Positions 9,029-19,414 of a stretch of DNA of 64,000 nucleotides are shown here, one piece after another. The DNA is from Myxococcota bacterium. GTDB taxonomy: Bacteria; Myxococcota_A; UBA9160; SZUA-336. The first letter of the stretch is position 1. Every line of letters starts with the position of its first letter. Made by a program: the position numbers and the translations under genes. The DNA is taken from contig CBDFGR010000003.1 in assembly GCA_965247115.1 (NCBI GenBank), positions 1,120,001 to 1,184,000 on the forward strand. The letters run 5' to 3'. Below the pieces are notes generated by a model. The model was given only the letters and a program-made list of their open reading frames with translations, made no database searches and was not told the origin of the DNA.

Positions 9029-10159
9029 ATGCGTTTCAGCTTCTCCGACGAGCACGAGGAGCTTCGCCGGGTCGTCCGAAGCTTCATGGAGGACAAATCG
9101 CCGCCGGGCGAGGTCCGTCGGCTGATGGAGACGTCGGAAGGGTACGACCGCGAAGTCTGGAGGCAGCTCTGCCAGGACCTCAGCCTGACTTCCGTCCATA
9201 TCCCCGAACAGTACGGCGGGCAGGGGTTCGGTTTCATCGAGCTCTGCATCGTTCTCGAGGAGATGGGTCGCGCGCTGCTCTGCGCTCCCTACTTCGGCTC
9301 GGTCGCCCTCGCGACCAACGCGATCCTGAACGGGGCCACCGAGACGCGGAAGAAGGAGCTCCTCCCGGCCATAGCCGCGGGTGAGACGATCGCTACCCTC
9401 GCGCTCGCCGAGCCCAGCGGACGCTGGGACGCCTCGGGTGTCGAGCTCACCGCGACCCCAGCAAACGGGGCGTTCCGACTCGATGGCGTGAAGACGCTCG
9501 TGCTCGATGGTCATATTGCAGACCTGGCGGTCGTCGTGGCTCGCACTCCCGGATCCAGGGGGAATGACGGCCTCTCCTTCTTCACCGTCGTCGGAGCGGC
9601 GAGTGGGCTCTCGCGTCGATTACTCTCATCCGTCGATGCCACTCGCAAGCTGGCAAGCCTCGAGTTCTCCGGCGTGGAAGCCGAGCTGCTCGGCGAGCTC
9701 GGCGCAGGCGCGACCGCGCTCGAGAGAACGCTCGACCAGGCCGCGATCGCCCTGACAAACGAGATGGTCGGTGGCGCACAGAAGGTGCTCGAAACGTCGG
9801 TCGAGTACGCGAAGGAGCGCGTGCAATTCGGGCGTCCGATCGGCTCATTCCAGGCGATCAAGCACAAGTGCGCGGACGTGTTGATCGAGGTCGAGCTGGC
9901 CAAGTCGGCGGCCTACCACGCAGCCGCGGCCGTCGCGGAGGGCGACGAGGAGCTGCCGGCCCTCGCCTCGCTCGCCAAGGCGCTCGTCTCCGACACGTAC
10001 CGGCAGGCCGCAGCAGAGAACATCCAGATCCACGGAGGCATCGGCTTCACCTGGGAGGACGACGCGCACCTCTACTTCAGGCGCGCCAAGGGCTCGGAGG
10101 TCTTCCTGGGCGACCCGACGTACCACCGCGAGCGCTTCGCCCAGCACTCGGGGATCTGA
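9029..10159 (+). CDS. Acyl-CoA dehydrogenase
   Basis: RVQFGRPIGSFQAIKHKCAD, QIHGGIGFTWE. Confidence 0.93.
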   Translation: MRFSFSDEHEELRRVVRSFMEDKSPPGEVRRLMETSEGYDREVWRQLCQDLSLTSVHIPEQYGGQGFGFIELCIVLEEMGRALLCAPYFGSVALATNAILNGATETRKKELLPAIAAGETIATLALAEPSGRWDASGVELTATPANGAFRLDGVKTLVLDGHIADLAVVVARTPGSRGNDGLSFFTVVGAASGLSRRLLSSVDATRKLASLEFSGVEAELLGELGAGATALERTLDQAAIALTNEMVGGAQKVLETSVEYAKERVQFGRPIGSFQAIKHKCADVLIEVELAKSAAYHAAAAVAEGDEELPALASLAKALVSDTYRQAAAENIQIHGGIGFTWEDDAHLYFRRAKGSEVFLGDPTYHRERFAQHSGI

Positions 10160-10179
10160 ACCATGGTGAGGACACGACG

Positions 10180-11436
10180 ATGAGCGAGTCGACTGAGGAA
10201 AGCGTACGCGGCGAGGTTCGCGCCTGGCTCGAGGCGAGCTGGAACCCGGACATGAACTTGCGCGACTGGCGCGACCTGCTCGTAGACTCGGGCTGGGGCT
10301 GCCCGACCTGGCCGAAAGAGTGGTTCGGACGCAACCTGCCCCTGGCACTCGGAGACGTCGTGAGCGAGGAGTTTCGTCGCATCGGCGCGGTGGGCGTGCC
10401 AGGAGTGGGTGGCGTAGGCCTGGCTGGCGTGACGATTCTCGAGCACGGGTCCGACGCGCTGAAGAGCCGCCTGTTGCGCCCGGTCCTCACCGGTGAGCAC
10501 ACCTGGTGCCAGCTCTTCAGCGAACCGGGCAGCGGCTCGGACCTGGCTGGACTGACCACCAGAGCGGACTTCGACGGCGACGAGTGGGTGATCAACGGAC
10601 AGAAGGTCTGGAACACGAGCGCGCACCACGCACGGTACGGGATGCTCCTCGCGCGAACCAACTGGGACGTAAGCAAGCATCGCGGCATCACCTACTTTGC
10701 GCTCGAGATGAACCAGCCAGGCGTGGTGGTCCGACCGCTCCGCCAGATGAACGGCTACGCATCGTTCAACGAGGTCTTCATGACTGACGCGCGCGTCCGG
10801 TCGGACGACGTGATCGGCGAGGTCGGGAACGGCTGGACTGTCGCGCTCGCAACACTGGCGCATGAGCGGCGCTTGGCGGGTAGATTCGGACGTACTCTCA
10901 AAGGTAGCGGTCGCGCCCTCGACGAGTACCGGGCGGAGCTCGCCGATCTCATGGAGCCTTACACCTGGTATCCGCAACGTGCGGGGCGCGTGGATCTCAT
11001 CGTGGAGCGGGCAAAGGCCACGGGGCGGAACACCGACCCGGTGGTGCGGCAAGCGATCGCCAAGCTGTTCGCGCTGACCCGGGCGTCCGTGTGGACCGAG
11101 CAGCGCGCGAAGGCCGCTCGTCAGCTCGGAAGACCGCCGGGCGCCGAGGGCTCCATCGGCAAGCTCTGCAGCAGCAACATCGCGCGAGCCGCCGCGCAAG
11201 TGCATACGCTGATCTCCGGTGCGGACTCGATGCTCTCGGGAAGTGACGGCGCGGTCGACGGGCTCATCGCCGAGATCCTCGTCTCGGTCCCGGCCCAGTC
11301 GATTGCGGGCGGTACCGACGAGATTCAGCACAACATCATCTCCGAGCGCGTCCTCGGCTTACCGAGGGAGCCCGCGGTCGACATCGGTCGCTCGTTCCGA
11401 GACGTGCCGAAAAACCTGGCGCAGTCAGAGCGCTAG
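10180..11436 (+). CDS. Acyl-CoA dehydrogenase (probable partner of 9029-10159)
   Basis: WCQLFSEPGSGSDLAGL, INGQKVW, SIAGGTDEIQHNII; start reassigned to ATG 10180. Confidence 0.92.
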   Translation: MSESTEESVRGEVRAWLEASWNPDMNLRDWRDLLVDSGWGCPTWPKEWFGRNLPLALGDVVSEEFRRIGAVGVPGVGGVGLAGVTILEHGSDALKSRLLRPVLTGEHTWCQLFSEPGSGSDLAGLTTRADFDGDEWVINGQKVWNTSAHHARYGMLLARTNWDVSKHRGITYFALEMNQPGVVVRPLRQMNGYASFNEVFMTDARVRSDDVIGEVGNGWTVALATLAHERRLAGRFGRTLKGSGRALDEYRAELADLMEPYTWYPQRAGRVDLIVERAKATGRNTDPVVRQAIAKLFALTRASVWTEQRAKAARQLGRPPGAEGSIGKLCSSNIARAAAQVHTLISGADSMLSGSDGAVDGLIAEILVSVPAQSIAGGTDEIQHNIISERVLGLPREPAVDIGRSFRDVPKNLAQSER

Positions 11437-11465
11437 CTCCCTGTAGCTGCAGGCAGAGAGGGACC

Positions 11466-13841
11466 ATGCTCTCTCCGTATCGCGTGCTGGACCTGACGGA
11501 CGACCGGGGACACCTGGCCGGTCACCTTCTCGCGCAGCTCGGTGCCGACGTCGTTGCCGTGGAACCGTCGGGGGGTCAGCGCGCACGACACCTCGGCCCG
11601 TTTGTCCAGGATCGCAACGGCCCCGAGGCCTCACTCTCACACTGGGCATACAACAGGGGCAAGCGTTCCGTGGTCCTCGAAGATCCCGGCCAGCTGGAAA
11701 CGCTCGCACTCGGCGCAGACATCCTGATCGAGTGCGGAGCCCTGCCGGTGGACCTGGAACGGCTGCGCGAGCTCAACCCGGCCCTGATCACCGTCTCGAT
11801 CTCGCCCTTCGGCCAGACGGGGCCGAAGGCGGACTGGGTAGCGACCGACCTCACCGTGAGCGCCGCGTCCGGTACCCTAGGGCTGACGGGCGACGCGGAT
11901 CGCCCTCCGGTTCGGGTAGGAGTCCCGCAGACGTGGGGATTTGCGGCGACGGATGCGACCTGCGCCGCGCTCCTGGCACTGTGGGAACGCCAGCGCTCCG
12001 GACGCGGCCAACACGCCGACATCTCCGCGCAGCAGTCCTACACCACGGCGACCCAGTTCCAGACCATGGCCGCGCTGGTTGGAAAGCAGGCCGGGGGACG
12101 GATCGGGGGTGGCCTGCGCCTCGGACACATGACCCTTCAGGTCGTGCGCGCTTGCAAGGACGGTCACGTCACTGCGGGGTTTCTGTTCGGTCCGGTGTTC
12201 GGCCCCTATGCCACGCGCATGTTCTCCTGGATCCACGAGGAGGGGCAGTGTGACAGGAGCTGGGCCGAGACCGACTGGATCGGCTTCGGCTTGCTGCTGA
12301 CGGAGGATCCGAAGGCCCTTCGGCTGATGCAGGAGGGCAGCCGCATTCTCGGCGATTTCTTCGCCACCAAGACAAAGGCCGAGCTCCTTGCAGCCGCCTT
12401 GGATCGACGCCTTCTCATTGCCCCCATCATGACCACGCGCGACCTGCTCGACTTCGAGCACCTCGACGCGCGCGAATGGTGGGACGACGTCGAGGGTGTG
12501 CGCTATCCGGGCACGTTCGCCAAGGCGCCTGCGTCGCCGTTGCAGGTGCTGAGGCGTCCACCGAAGGTGGGTGAGCACACGCGTGAGGTGCTCGGCGAGC
12601 GGTCCCGGCAACCCGCAGTAGCTGCTCCGTCAGGAGACCAGGACGCTCTGCCGCTCGCCGGAATCAAGGTCCTCGACTTCACCTGGGCACTCGCTGGCCC
12701 CGGAACCACCCGCATCCTGGCCGATCACGGTGCGACTGTGATTCGCGTCGAGTCGCAACGCAAGCCCGACGCGGTCCGCGGCGCCACGCCCTTCATTGCG
12801 GAAGATGGCCAAACGGAGAACTCGCTTCACTGGCACTCTCCCAACGCCGGAAAGCTCGGCTTCACACTCGATCTTGGCCATCCCCTTGCGAAGCGGGTGG
12901 TGTTGGAGCTTGCGGCATGGGCGGACATCGTCGTCGAGTCGTTCTCGTCTGGCACGATGGACCGCTTCGGCATCGGCTACCGGGCGCTGCGCAACGCGAA
13001 TCCCCGGGTGATCATGCTGTCGAGCTGTCTGATGGGGCAGACAGGACCTATGAGCACCTACTCTGGCTTCGGCACGGCCGGCGCCGCGTTCGCCGGGTTC
13101 TACTCGCTTGCCGGCTGGCCGGATCGCCCGCCGAGCGGCCCCTTCGGCGCGTACTCCGACTATCCATCCCCTCGTTACGCGGTCGCCGTTCTGCTGGGCG
13201 CGTTGGAGTGGAGGCGTCGCACGGGCGAGGGTCAGTACCTGGACTACTCCCAAATGGAGGGCGCCGCTCAGCTCATTGCTCCGGCCATCCTCGACGACGC
13301 GGTAAACAAGCGTACGGCCAGCCGCCACGGGAACGAGGACGTGTGGATGTCACCTCACGGGGTGTACCCGGTGATAGGCAAGGACCAGTGGGTTGCGATC
13401 GCCTGTGAGACCGACCGCCAGTGGGGGGTGCTGGCGCAAGTGCTGGGTCGCTCCGACCTTGCCGACCTCTCCCTGGACCAGCGTCGCGAGCGCCGACCCG
13501 AGCTCGATGCGCTGGTCGCCGCCTGGACGAAGGGGCGCGGGGGCGAGGCGATAGAGGCGGAGCTGCAGGCGCGGAGCGTTCCCGTTCATCGGGTCCTGTA
13601 CGCTCCAGAGCTGATCGAAGACCCTCAGCTAAAGCACCGCAACCACTTCATCGCGGTCCCGCATCCGATCCATGGGACGAGCTGGGCGGAGGGCTCCTCG
13701 ATCCAGCTCTCCAGGACGCCCGGCGCCCCGAAGTGGGCCGGCCCTACCTTCGGCCAACACCTGCATGAGGTCCTGGCAGACATCCTCCGCTACGACGACG
13801 ATCGCATCACGGAGCTGATCGCCTCGGGCGCCTTGGAGTGA
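11466..13841 (+). CDS. CaiB/BaiF family III CoA-transferase, two fused domains
   Basis: Two repeats: RVLDLT...LGADVVAVEP...NRGKRS and KVLDFTWALAGP...HGATVIRVE...NAGK. Confidence 0.92.
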   Translation: MLSPYRVLDLTDDRGHLAGHLLAQLGADVVAVEPSGGQRARHLGPFVQDRNGPEASLSHWAYNRGKRSVVLEDPGQLETLALGADILIECGALPVDLERLRELNPALITVSISPFGQTGPKADWVATDLTVSAASGTLGLTGDADRPPVRVGVPQTWGFAATDATCAALLALWERQRSGRGQHADISAQQSYTTATQFQTMAALVGKQAGGRIGGGLRLGHMTLQVVRACKDGHVTAGFLFGPVFGPYATRMFSWIHEEGQCDRSWAETDWIGFGLLLTEDPKALRLMQEGSRILGDFFATKTKAELLAAALDRRLLIAPIMTTRDLLDFEHLDAREWWDDVEGVRYPGTFAKAPASPLQVLRRPPKVGEHTREVLGERSRQPAVAAPSGDQDALPLAGIKVLDFTWALAGPGTTRILADHGATVIRVESQRKPDAVRGATPFIAEDGQTENSLHWHSPNAGKLGFTLDLGHPLAKRVVLELAAWADIVVESFSSGTMDRFGIGYRALRNANPRVIMLSSCLMGQTGPMSTYSGFGTAGAAFAGFYSLAGWPDRPPSGPFGAYSDYPSPRYAVAVLLGALEWRRRTGEGQYLDYSQMEGAAQLIAPAILDDAVNKRTASRHGNEDVWMSPHGVYPVIGKDQWVAIACETDRQWGVLAQVLGRSDLADLSLDQRRERRPELDALVAAWTKGRGGEAIEAELQARSVPVHRVLYAPELIEDPQLKHRNHFIAVPHPIHGTSWAEGSSIQLSRTPGAPKWAGPTFGQHLHEVLADILRYDDDRITELIASGALE

Positions 13842-13865
13842 ATGTCGCCGTCAACGCATCCACTC

Positions 13866-14318
13866 TTACAACTCCCGAGGCTTCTTCCCCCGCTTGCTTC
13901 GAGCGTGGCTCCACGTCCAGGCTCCAAAGGCCTGATCCGTCGTCGCACGCCACCGAGCGTATTCGGTCTCTAGGCTTGCTCTGATCTCCAGAAACCTCTC
14001 GTGAGCGAGCCGTCCTCTTTCCCGCTCGGCCGATGTTCGTCCCTCGCGGTACTGGCGGTCGGCCTCAGTGATCGATTCGTCGATCGAGCGGAATGTCTCC
14101 TTCCACTCCCGTTCCCCGCCGGCCGAGCTCACATAGACCTCCGACGATCCGAAGGTGAGCGGCCACAGGAGCCCTCTCGCGCTGAGCTTCGCGACCCGGG
14201 TCGGGAAATGATCGTCGTTCTGCAGCTTCAGGTTTGCGCAGCCCACCAGCGCAAGGGCGGTGGTGACGACAATGACCGGTCCGAGCGCTGGTGTCCTCGA
14301 GCGGAGTTGTTTGCTCAT
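13866..14318 (-). CDS. Hypothetical lipoprotein
   Basis: Hydrophobic stretch then LVGC lipobox; GGAGG before ATG 14318. Confidence 0.5.
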   Translation of the reverse strand: MSKQLRSRTPALGPVIVVTTALALVGCANLKLQNDDHFPTRVAKLSARGLLWPLTFGSSEVYVSSAGGEREWKETFRSIDESITEADRQYREGRTSAERERGRLAHERFLEIRASLETEYARWRATTDQAFGAWTWSHARSKRGKKPREL

Positions 14319-14455
14319 GGGGGCCTCCGGCGTGGCTCTACATCGGACACATCGGGGGCCAGACGTCCACCCTTGAGCAACCTCGACGACTCGCCAAGGG
14401 CGGGTCCACGTAAAGCCCGACGCGCTCGAGTCGATCAGAAGAGCGGTTCTCAATC

Positions 14456-14929
14456 ATGAAATGGAGAGTAGTCATGCAACAACGCAGATGGTCCCGCGCC
14501 ACCGCCGCTCTTGTCCTCGCCAGCTTTCTACCCCTCACCACCGCCTGCTTCGGCAGCTTCTCGCTCGTCCGGAAGGTTCACGGTTTTAACGCGGAGATCA
14601 GCTCAGACAAGTGGGTGCGAGAGGGGGTATTCCTGCTCCTGAATGTCCCCTACGTCCCGGTCTACGCGCTCGCCTCCGCAGTCGACGTGCTGTTCTTGAA
14701 CTCGGTCGAGTTCTGGACCGGCGACTACCTGCTCGCTCAGGATACGAGCCGTACGGTTCGGGGAGAGAACGGCGAGATCTCGAGCGCCACGTTCCACCCC
14801 GACGGCACGGCAGATCTCACGATTGTGGAGGCTGACGGGAAGACTCACGTTCTCAAGCTCGTGAGCCGGAACGGGACGCTTGCAGCACTGAATGAGGACG
14901 GCGACACCGTGGCGCGCGTCGCCAGGTGA
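14456..14929 (+). CDS. DUF3332-family lipoprotein
   Basis: TACFGSFSLVRKVHGFN...KWVRE...PVY...DVLFLNSVEFWTG. Confidence 0.8.
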   Translation: MKWRVVMQQRRWSRATAALVLASFLPLTTACFGSFSLVRKVHGFNAEISSDKWVREGVFLLLNVPYVPVYALASAVDVLFLNSVEFWTGDYLLAQDTSRTVRGENGEISSATFHPDGTADLTIVEADGKTHVLKLVSRNGTLAALNEDGDTVARVAR

Positions 14930-15029
14930 ACGGCCTCATCGCGCTGATAACCCGCTAAGCTTGTTCCGGCGGCGTTCTATTCGTCTCCCGAGATAGCGCG
15001 CCGGAACACAGCGAACGCGGGTGGGTCCG

Positions 15030-15851
15030 ATGAAGACAGACGTCCTCCTCATACCGATGGGGGAGACGTATGCGCAGATGCGATCGGCCGGTCTCATGGT
15101 CGAGCGGGCCGGATTCGACGGCATCTGGACCTGGGACCACCTTCGCGACCCCGAAGACGACGGCTCGAGCGTTCCCGAGTGCTGGACGACGCTGACGGCA
15201 CTCGCCGAGGTCGTCCCGCGGGTGACGCTCGGGCCTCTGGTCCTCAACGTTGCGAACCATGATCCCGGAGTTCTTGCCAACATGGCGGCGACACTCCAGC
15301 AGGTGAGCGGGGGAAGGCTGCTACTCGGAATCGGTGCGGGCGGGAGCCTGCGAACCCCCTACGCCCGCGAGCAGATCGGCATCGGTCGGGCAGTGCATCC
15401 AGACGGCCTGCGGCGACAGCACGTGATCGAGGCCGTGCAGGTGCTTCGGCGACTCTGGTCAGGAGACACCTCGGACTTCGACGGATCGCACTACCAGCTT
15501 CGACGTCCGTCCGGCTACCTGCGGCCCGACCCACCACCGCCGATCGTGGTCGGCGGCTTCGGCCCTCGAATGGCAGCAGTCGCCGGTCGGTACGGCGATG
15601 GGCTGAACACACAGGCCTTCCACCCGCAGCTTCCTTCGCTGATAGAAATAGCCCGGCGAGAGCGCGAGGAGACTGGCCGCGACCCCAACGACTTGCTGAT
15701 CACGGTCTTTGCAGGGATGGGCGCGCGCTGGCTGCAACGCGACAGTCCCGATCGCTCGACCTTGCTGCAGCTCGGTGTCAGTCGCCTGATCCTGCTGCTG
15801 GAGCCGCCCTTCGACGTGCCGAAGCTCGAGACGAGCAGACAGCGCTCCTGA
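15030..15851 (+). CDS. LLM-class flavin-dependent oxidoreductase
   Basis: GFDGIWTWDH, ECWTTLTALA, SGGRLLLGIGAG. Confidence 0.88.
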   Translation: MKTDVLLIPMGETYAQMRSAGLMVERAGFDGIWTWDHLRDPEDDGSSVPECWTTLTALAEVVPRVTLGPLVLNVANHDPGVLANMAATLQQVSGGRLLLGIGAGGSLRTPYAREQIGIGRAVHPDGLRRQHVIEAVQVLRRLWSGDTSDFDGSHYQLRRPSGYLRPDPPPPIVVGGFGPRMAAVAGRYGDGLNTQAFHPQLPSLIEIARREREETGRDPNDLLITVFAGMGARWLQRDSPDRSTLLQLGVSRLILLLEPPFDVPKLETSRQRS

Positions 15852-15930
15852 GCCGGCCTAGGCCGCATCGAAGGGGCAGCGACCGGTTATACTCCGCCCC
15901 GAGCCAGCAAGACACAGGGAGGATCCCAGG

Positions 15931-17229
15931 ATGGCAGGTCTCGACGTCACGCCCGAGATGTTCGATCTCAGAATGTCGGAGGGCGCGAGGCCGCTCTTCG
16001 AGAGGGTAAAGGACTTCATCGCGAAGGAGGTCGAGCCTGTAACGCACGAGTTCCACAGGCTCGGCGAGAATCGCACGGATCGTTGGTCGTGGGCTCCAGG
16101 CCAGCTCGAGCTGCTCGACACGGTCAAGGACAAGGCAAAGGCCAACGGACTGTGGAACTTCTTCCTGCCCGATGACGAGACTGGACAGGGGCTATCCAAC
16201 CTGGACTACGCCTACATTGCCGCCGAGCTCGGAAAGAACCCGATCGCATCCCAGTGCCTCAACTGCTCTGCACCCGATACGGGCAACATGGAAGTGCTCG
16301 AGCGAGTGGGGACCCCGGAGCAGAAGGCAAAATGGCTCACGCCCCTTCTGAACGGTGAAATCCGCTCGGCCTACGCGATGACAGAGCCAGACCTGGCATC
16401 GTCGGATGCCAAGAACATCGCCTGCCAGGCCGTGCTCGACGGGGACGAGTGGGTGATCAACGGCGAGAAGTACTACATCTCCGGCGTCGGGGACCCTCGC
16501 TGCAAGATCATGATCGTGATGGTCCAGACGAATGCGGAGGGTCCGCCGCATCAGCGCCAATCGCAGATTCTCGTGCCCACGGATGCAGCGGGCTTCGAGA
16601 TCCTGGGTGCGATGCATGTTTTCGGCAACGACGACGCGCCCCACGGGCATATGCACGTTCGGTTCGACAACTGCCGCGTGCCGAGAGAGAACATCCTGCT
16701 CGGGGAAGGCCGTGGCTTCGAGATCTCGCAGGTGCGCCTCGGTCCGGGGCGAATCCACCACTGCATGCGCTCGGTCGGCGCCGCCGAGCGAGCCATCGAA
16801 TTGATGGCCAAGCGGGGCCTCACGCGGAACGCCTTCGGGAAGCAGCTCGCGCAGCTGGGCAAGAATACCGAGGTCATCGCCAAGGCCCGCATCGAGATCG
16901 AAGCGATGCGGATGATGGTGCTGAAGGCCGCCAAGGCGATGGATTCACTCGGCAACTCTCAAGCGCGAGTATGGGTGAGCGCGGTGAAAGCGATGGTCCC
17001 TGAGCGGGTCTGCAAGATCATCGACGACGCCATTCAGATCCACGGTGCCACGGGGGTATCGCAATGGACGCCACTCGCGCAGATGTACGCTGGCCAGCGA
17101 ACCCTGCGGCTCGCCGACGGTCCGGACGAGGTGCACTGGTTCGTGGTCGGCCGCGCCGAGCTAGCGCACTGGACGGAGCACGGGGCCAGCAGCTACGACC
17201 CCAAAGCGGCGGCCATGGCACTGAGCTAA
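15931..17229 (+). CDS. Acyl-CoA dehydrogenase (ACAD10/11-like)
   Basis: NCSAPDTGNMEVL, AMTEPDLASSDA, RLGPGRIHHCMR, RLADGPDEVH. Confidence 0.93.
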   Translation: MAGLDVTPEMFDLRMSEGARPLFERVKDFIAKEVEPVTHEFHRLGENRTDRWSWAPGQLELLDTVKDKAKANGLWNFFLPDDETGQGLSNLDYAYIAAELGKNPIASQCLNCSAPDTGNMEVLERVGTPEQKAKWLTPLLNGEIRSAYAMTEPDLASSDAKNIACQAVLDGDEWVINGEKYYISGVGDPRCKIMIVMVQTNAEGPPHQRQSQILVPTDAAGFEILGAMHVFGNDDAPHGHMHVRFDNCRVPRENILLGEGRGFEISQVRLGPGRIHHCMRSVGAAERAIELMAKRGLTRNAFGKQLAQLGKNTEVIAKARIEIEAMRMMVLKAAKAMDSLGNSQARVWVSAVKAMVPERVCKIIDDAIQIHGATGVSQWTPLAQMYAGQRTLRLADGPDEVHWFVVGRAELAHWTEHGASSYDPKAAAMALS

Positions 17230-17272
17230 GCGGCACGGCTCTCTCAGCTTCGAACCTAGCTCGTTGCGGGCG

Positions 17273-17713
17273 ATGATGGACCCAAAGAGTCTCAAGAAAT
17301 GGTTGATCATCATCGCCGTCTTGTACCTCGTCTTTCCCCGAGATCTGATCCCCGACTTCCTCGGGAGCGGACTCGGTTTGATCGACGATCTGGTGCTCAT
17401 CGCGCTCCTGATCTACTTCTATCGCACCCGTGTGCGGGATTCTTCCGCTCGCGCAGGCCAGGGCAGCACAGAACGGGATCAGCGCGAGCATTCAAGCGGT
17501 GGGGAGGCGGAGGCGTCCGACAGCTCGCCTGATCCCTATCAGATCCTGAGCATCGACTCCTCGGCATCCGGAGAAGAGATTCAAGCCGCCTACAGAGCCC
17601 GCATGCATGAGTACCATCCAGACAAGGTGGCTCATCTGGGTGAGGAGCTGCAAAAAGTCGCTCATCGAAAGACGGTGGAGATCCAACAGGCGTACGAGCG
17701 GCTCCGCAAGTAA
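17273..17713 (+). CDS. Membrane-anchored DnaJ-domain protein (DUF1232-like N-terminus)
   Basis: YLVFPRDLIPDFL...GLIDDL; J-domain DPYQIL...YHPDK. Confidence 0.85.
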   Translation: MMDPKSLKKWLIIIAVLYLVFPRDLIPDFLGSGLGLIDDLVLIALLIYFYRTRVRDSSARAGQGSTERDQREHSSGGEAEASDSSPDPYQILSIDSSASGEEIQAAYRARMHEYHPDKVAHLGEELQKVAHRKTVEIQQAYERLRK

Positions 17714-17794
17714 GCAAATCATCTGAGGGCGAGAGACACTCATGAAATCGTCAGTGGTCCTACAGCAGCTGCGCAGGGCGGCAGATCGCTAGCC

Positions 17795-19363
17795 ATGGTC
17801 TGGGAGCCCGAGATCGATGAGCTGGAGGAGCGGCGGAAGCTCGCGGCCCGAGGCGGGACGCCCGATCGAATCGAGCGGCAGCACAAGCAGGGCCGCCTGG
17901 TGGTACGGGAACGCTTCGAGCGCTTGACGGATCCCGGTTCCTTTCACGAGATCGGCCAGCTGGCCGGCTCCGGGACCTACGAGAAGGGGTCGCTCGTCGA
18001 CTTCACACCCGCCTCCTACGTGATGGGTCTGGGAAAGCTCGACGGGCGCTCGGTTGCGATCGGCGGGGAGGACTTCACGATCGAGGGCGGCTCGTCGGTG
18101 GCCAGGATGGCCCGCATGAAGGGCAACAGTCAGGGTGGCTTTGTCGAGGAGATGGCCCTGGAGTACAAGATCCCGCTCGTCCTCTTGATCGATGGGGCCG
18201 GAGCCAACATCAAGGCCGTTTCCAAGATGGGGCACACCTACCTGCCCTCGTCCGCGACGTTCGCGCGCAGCGTCGAGGTAATGCAGTCTGTGCCGGTGGT
18301 CGCGGCGGTTCTCGGCTCCGTCGCGGGTGGCCCGGCCGGCCGCGCGATGCTCACCCACTGGAATGTGATGACGAAGAGCACCTCGGAGCTGTTCGCGGCG
18401 GGACCGCCCGTCGTGGCGCGGGCACTCGGCGCCGAGCTGTCGAAACAGGAGCTCGGCGGCGCCGACGTACACGTTCACGTGTCAGGCGCGATCGACAACG
18501 AGGCCGAGGACGAGGAAGACGCCTTCAGGCAGATCCGGCAGTTCCTGTCGTACATGCCGACGAACGTCTGGGAGGCGCCACCCGTTCTGGGCTCGTCCGA
18601 CCCGCCCGATCGGGCCGAAGAAGACCTGATCTCGATCGTCCCCCGCCACCGCGCGCGCATCTACGACATGAGGCAGCTGCTGCGCTGGGTGGTCGACAAC
18701 GGCGAGCTCTTCGAGATCAAGCCGCACTTCGGCGCCTGCGTGATCACTGCGTTGGCCCGTGTCGCTGGGAAGCCCATCGGGATCATCGCCAACAACCCCA
18801 TGCAGAACGGCGGAGCGCTGGACGCCAGCGGCGCGGACAAGCAAGGACACTTCATCGAGCTCTGCGACTACTTCCGCATCCCGCTGGTCTACTTCGCCGA
18901 CATCCCGGGTTTCATGGTGGGGCTCCGTGCGGAGCAGCACGCAACGCTCCGGAGCGGCATGCGAGCGGTCTGGGTCGGCTCCCAGGCGAGCGTACCCTCG
19001 ATGACCGTCGTCGTCCGGAAGTGCTACGGGATGGGCGGGATGGCCACCGGGAACGCGGCCCGACTCAATTACCGGATCGCCTGGCCCAGCGGAGAGTGGG
19101 GCTCGATCCCGATAGAGGGCGGCGTGGACGCCGCGTACCGTCGTGAGATCGCGAACGCGGAGGACCCGGACCAGCGGCGCCAGGAGATCGAGGCCGAGCT
19201 CCGCTCGATGCGCTCCGTGTTCCGCACGGCGGAGAGCTTCGGTGTCGAGGAGATCATCGACCCGCGGCGTACGCGCGGCTACCTGGCGCGCTTCGCCGAC
19301 CTGGCGTACGGGGCGATCCAGCACGAACTGGGCCCCAAGTCCCTCACGGGCGTCCGTCCGTAG
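17795..19363 (+). CDS. Acyl-CoA carboxylase, carboxyltransferase subunit
   Basis: RQHKQGRLVVRER, DFTIEGGS, AGPPVV, ELGGA, DIPGFMVG, EIIDPRRTR. Confidence 0.92.
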   Translation: MVWEPEIDELEERRKLAARGGTPDRIERQHKQGRLVVRERFERLTDPGSFHEIGQLAGSGTYEKGSLVDFTPASYVMGLGKLDGRSVAIGGEDFTIEGGSSVARMARMKGNSQGGFVEEMALEYKIPLVLLIDGAGANIKAVSKMGHTYLPSSATFARSVEVMQSVPVVAAVLGSVAGGPAGRAMLTHWNVMTKSTSELFAAGPPVVARALGAELSKQELGGADVHVHVSGAIDNEAEDEEDAFRQIRQFLSYMPTNVWEAPPVLGSSDPPDRAEEDLISIVPRHRARIYDMRQLLRWVVDNGELFEIKPHFGACVITALARVAGKPIGIIANNPMQNGGALDASGADKQGHFIELCDYFRIPLVYFADIPGFMVGLRAEQHATLRSGMRAVWVGSQASVPSMTVVVRKCYGMGGMATGNAARLNYRIAWPSGEWGSIPIEGGVDAAYRREIANAEDPDQRRQEIEAELRSMRSVFRTAESFGVEEIIDPRRTRGYLARFADLAYGAIQHELGPKSLTGVRP

Positions 19364-19414
19364 CGGCGCGCAGGTTCGACAGTCGTGTAGAATTAGGGCT
19401 GAAGGAGGTCACAC

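Noticed and set aside
9868..10179. N-terminal extension of the second ACAD ORF
   Set aside because: Overlaps the upstream gene in another frame; the real start is ATG 10180.
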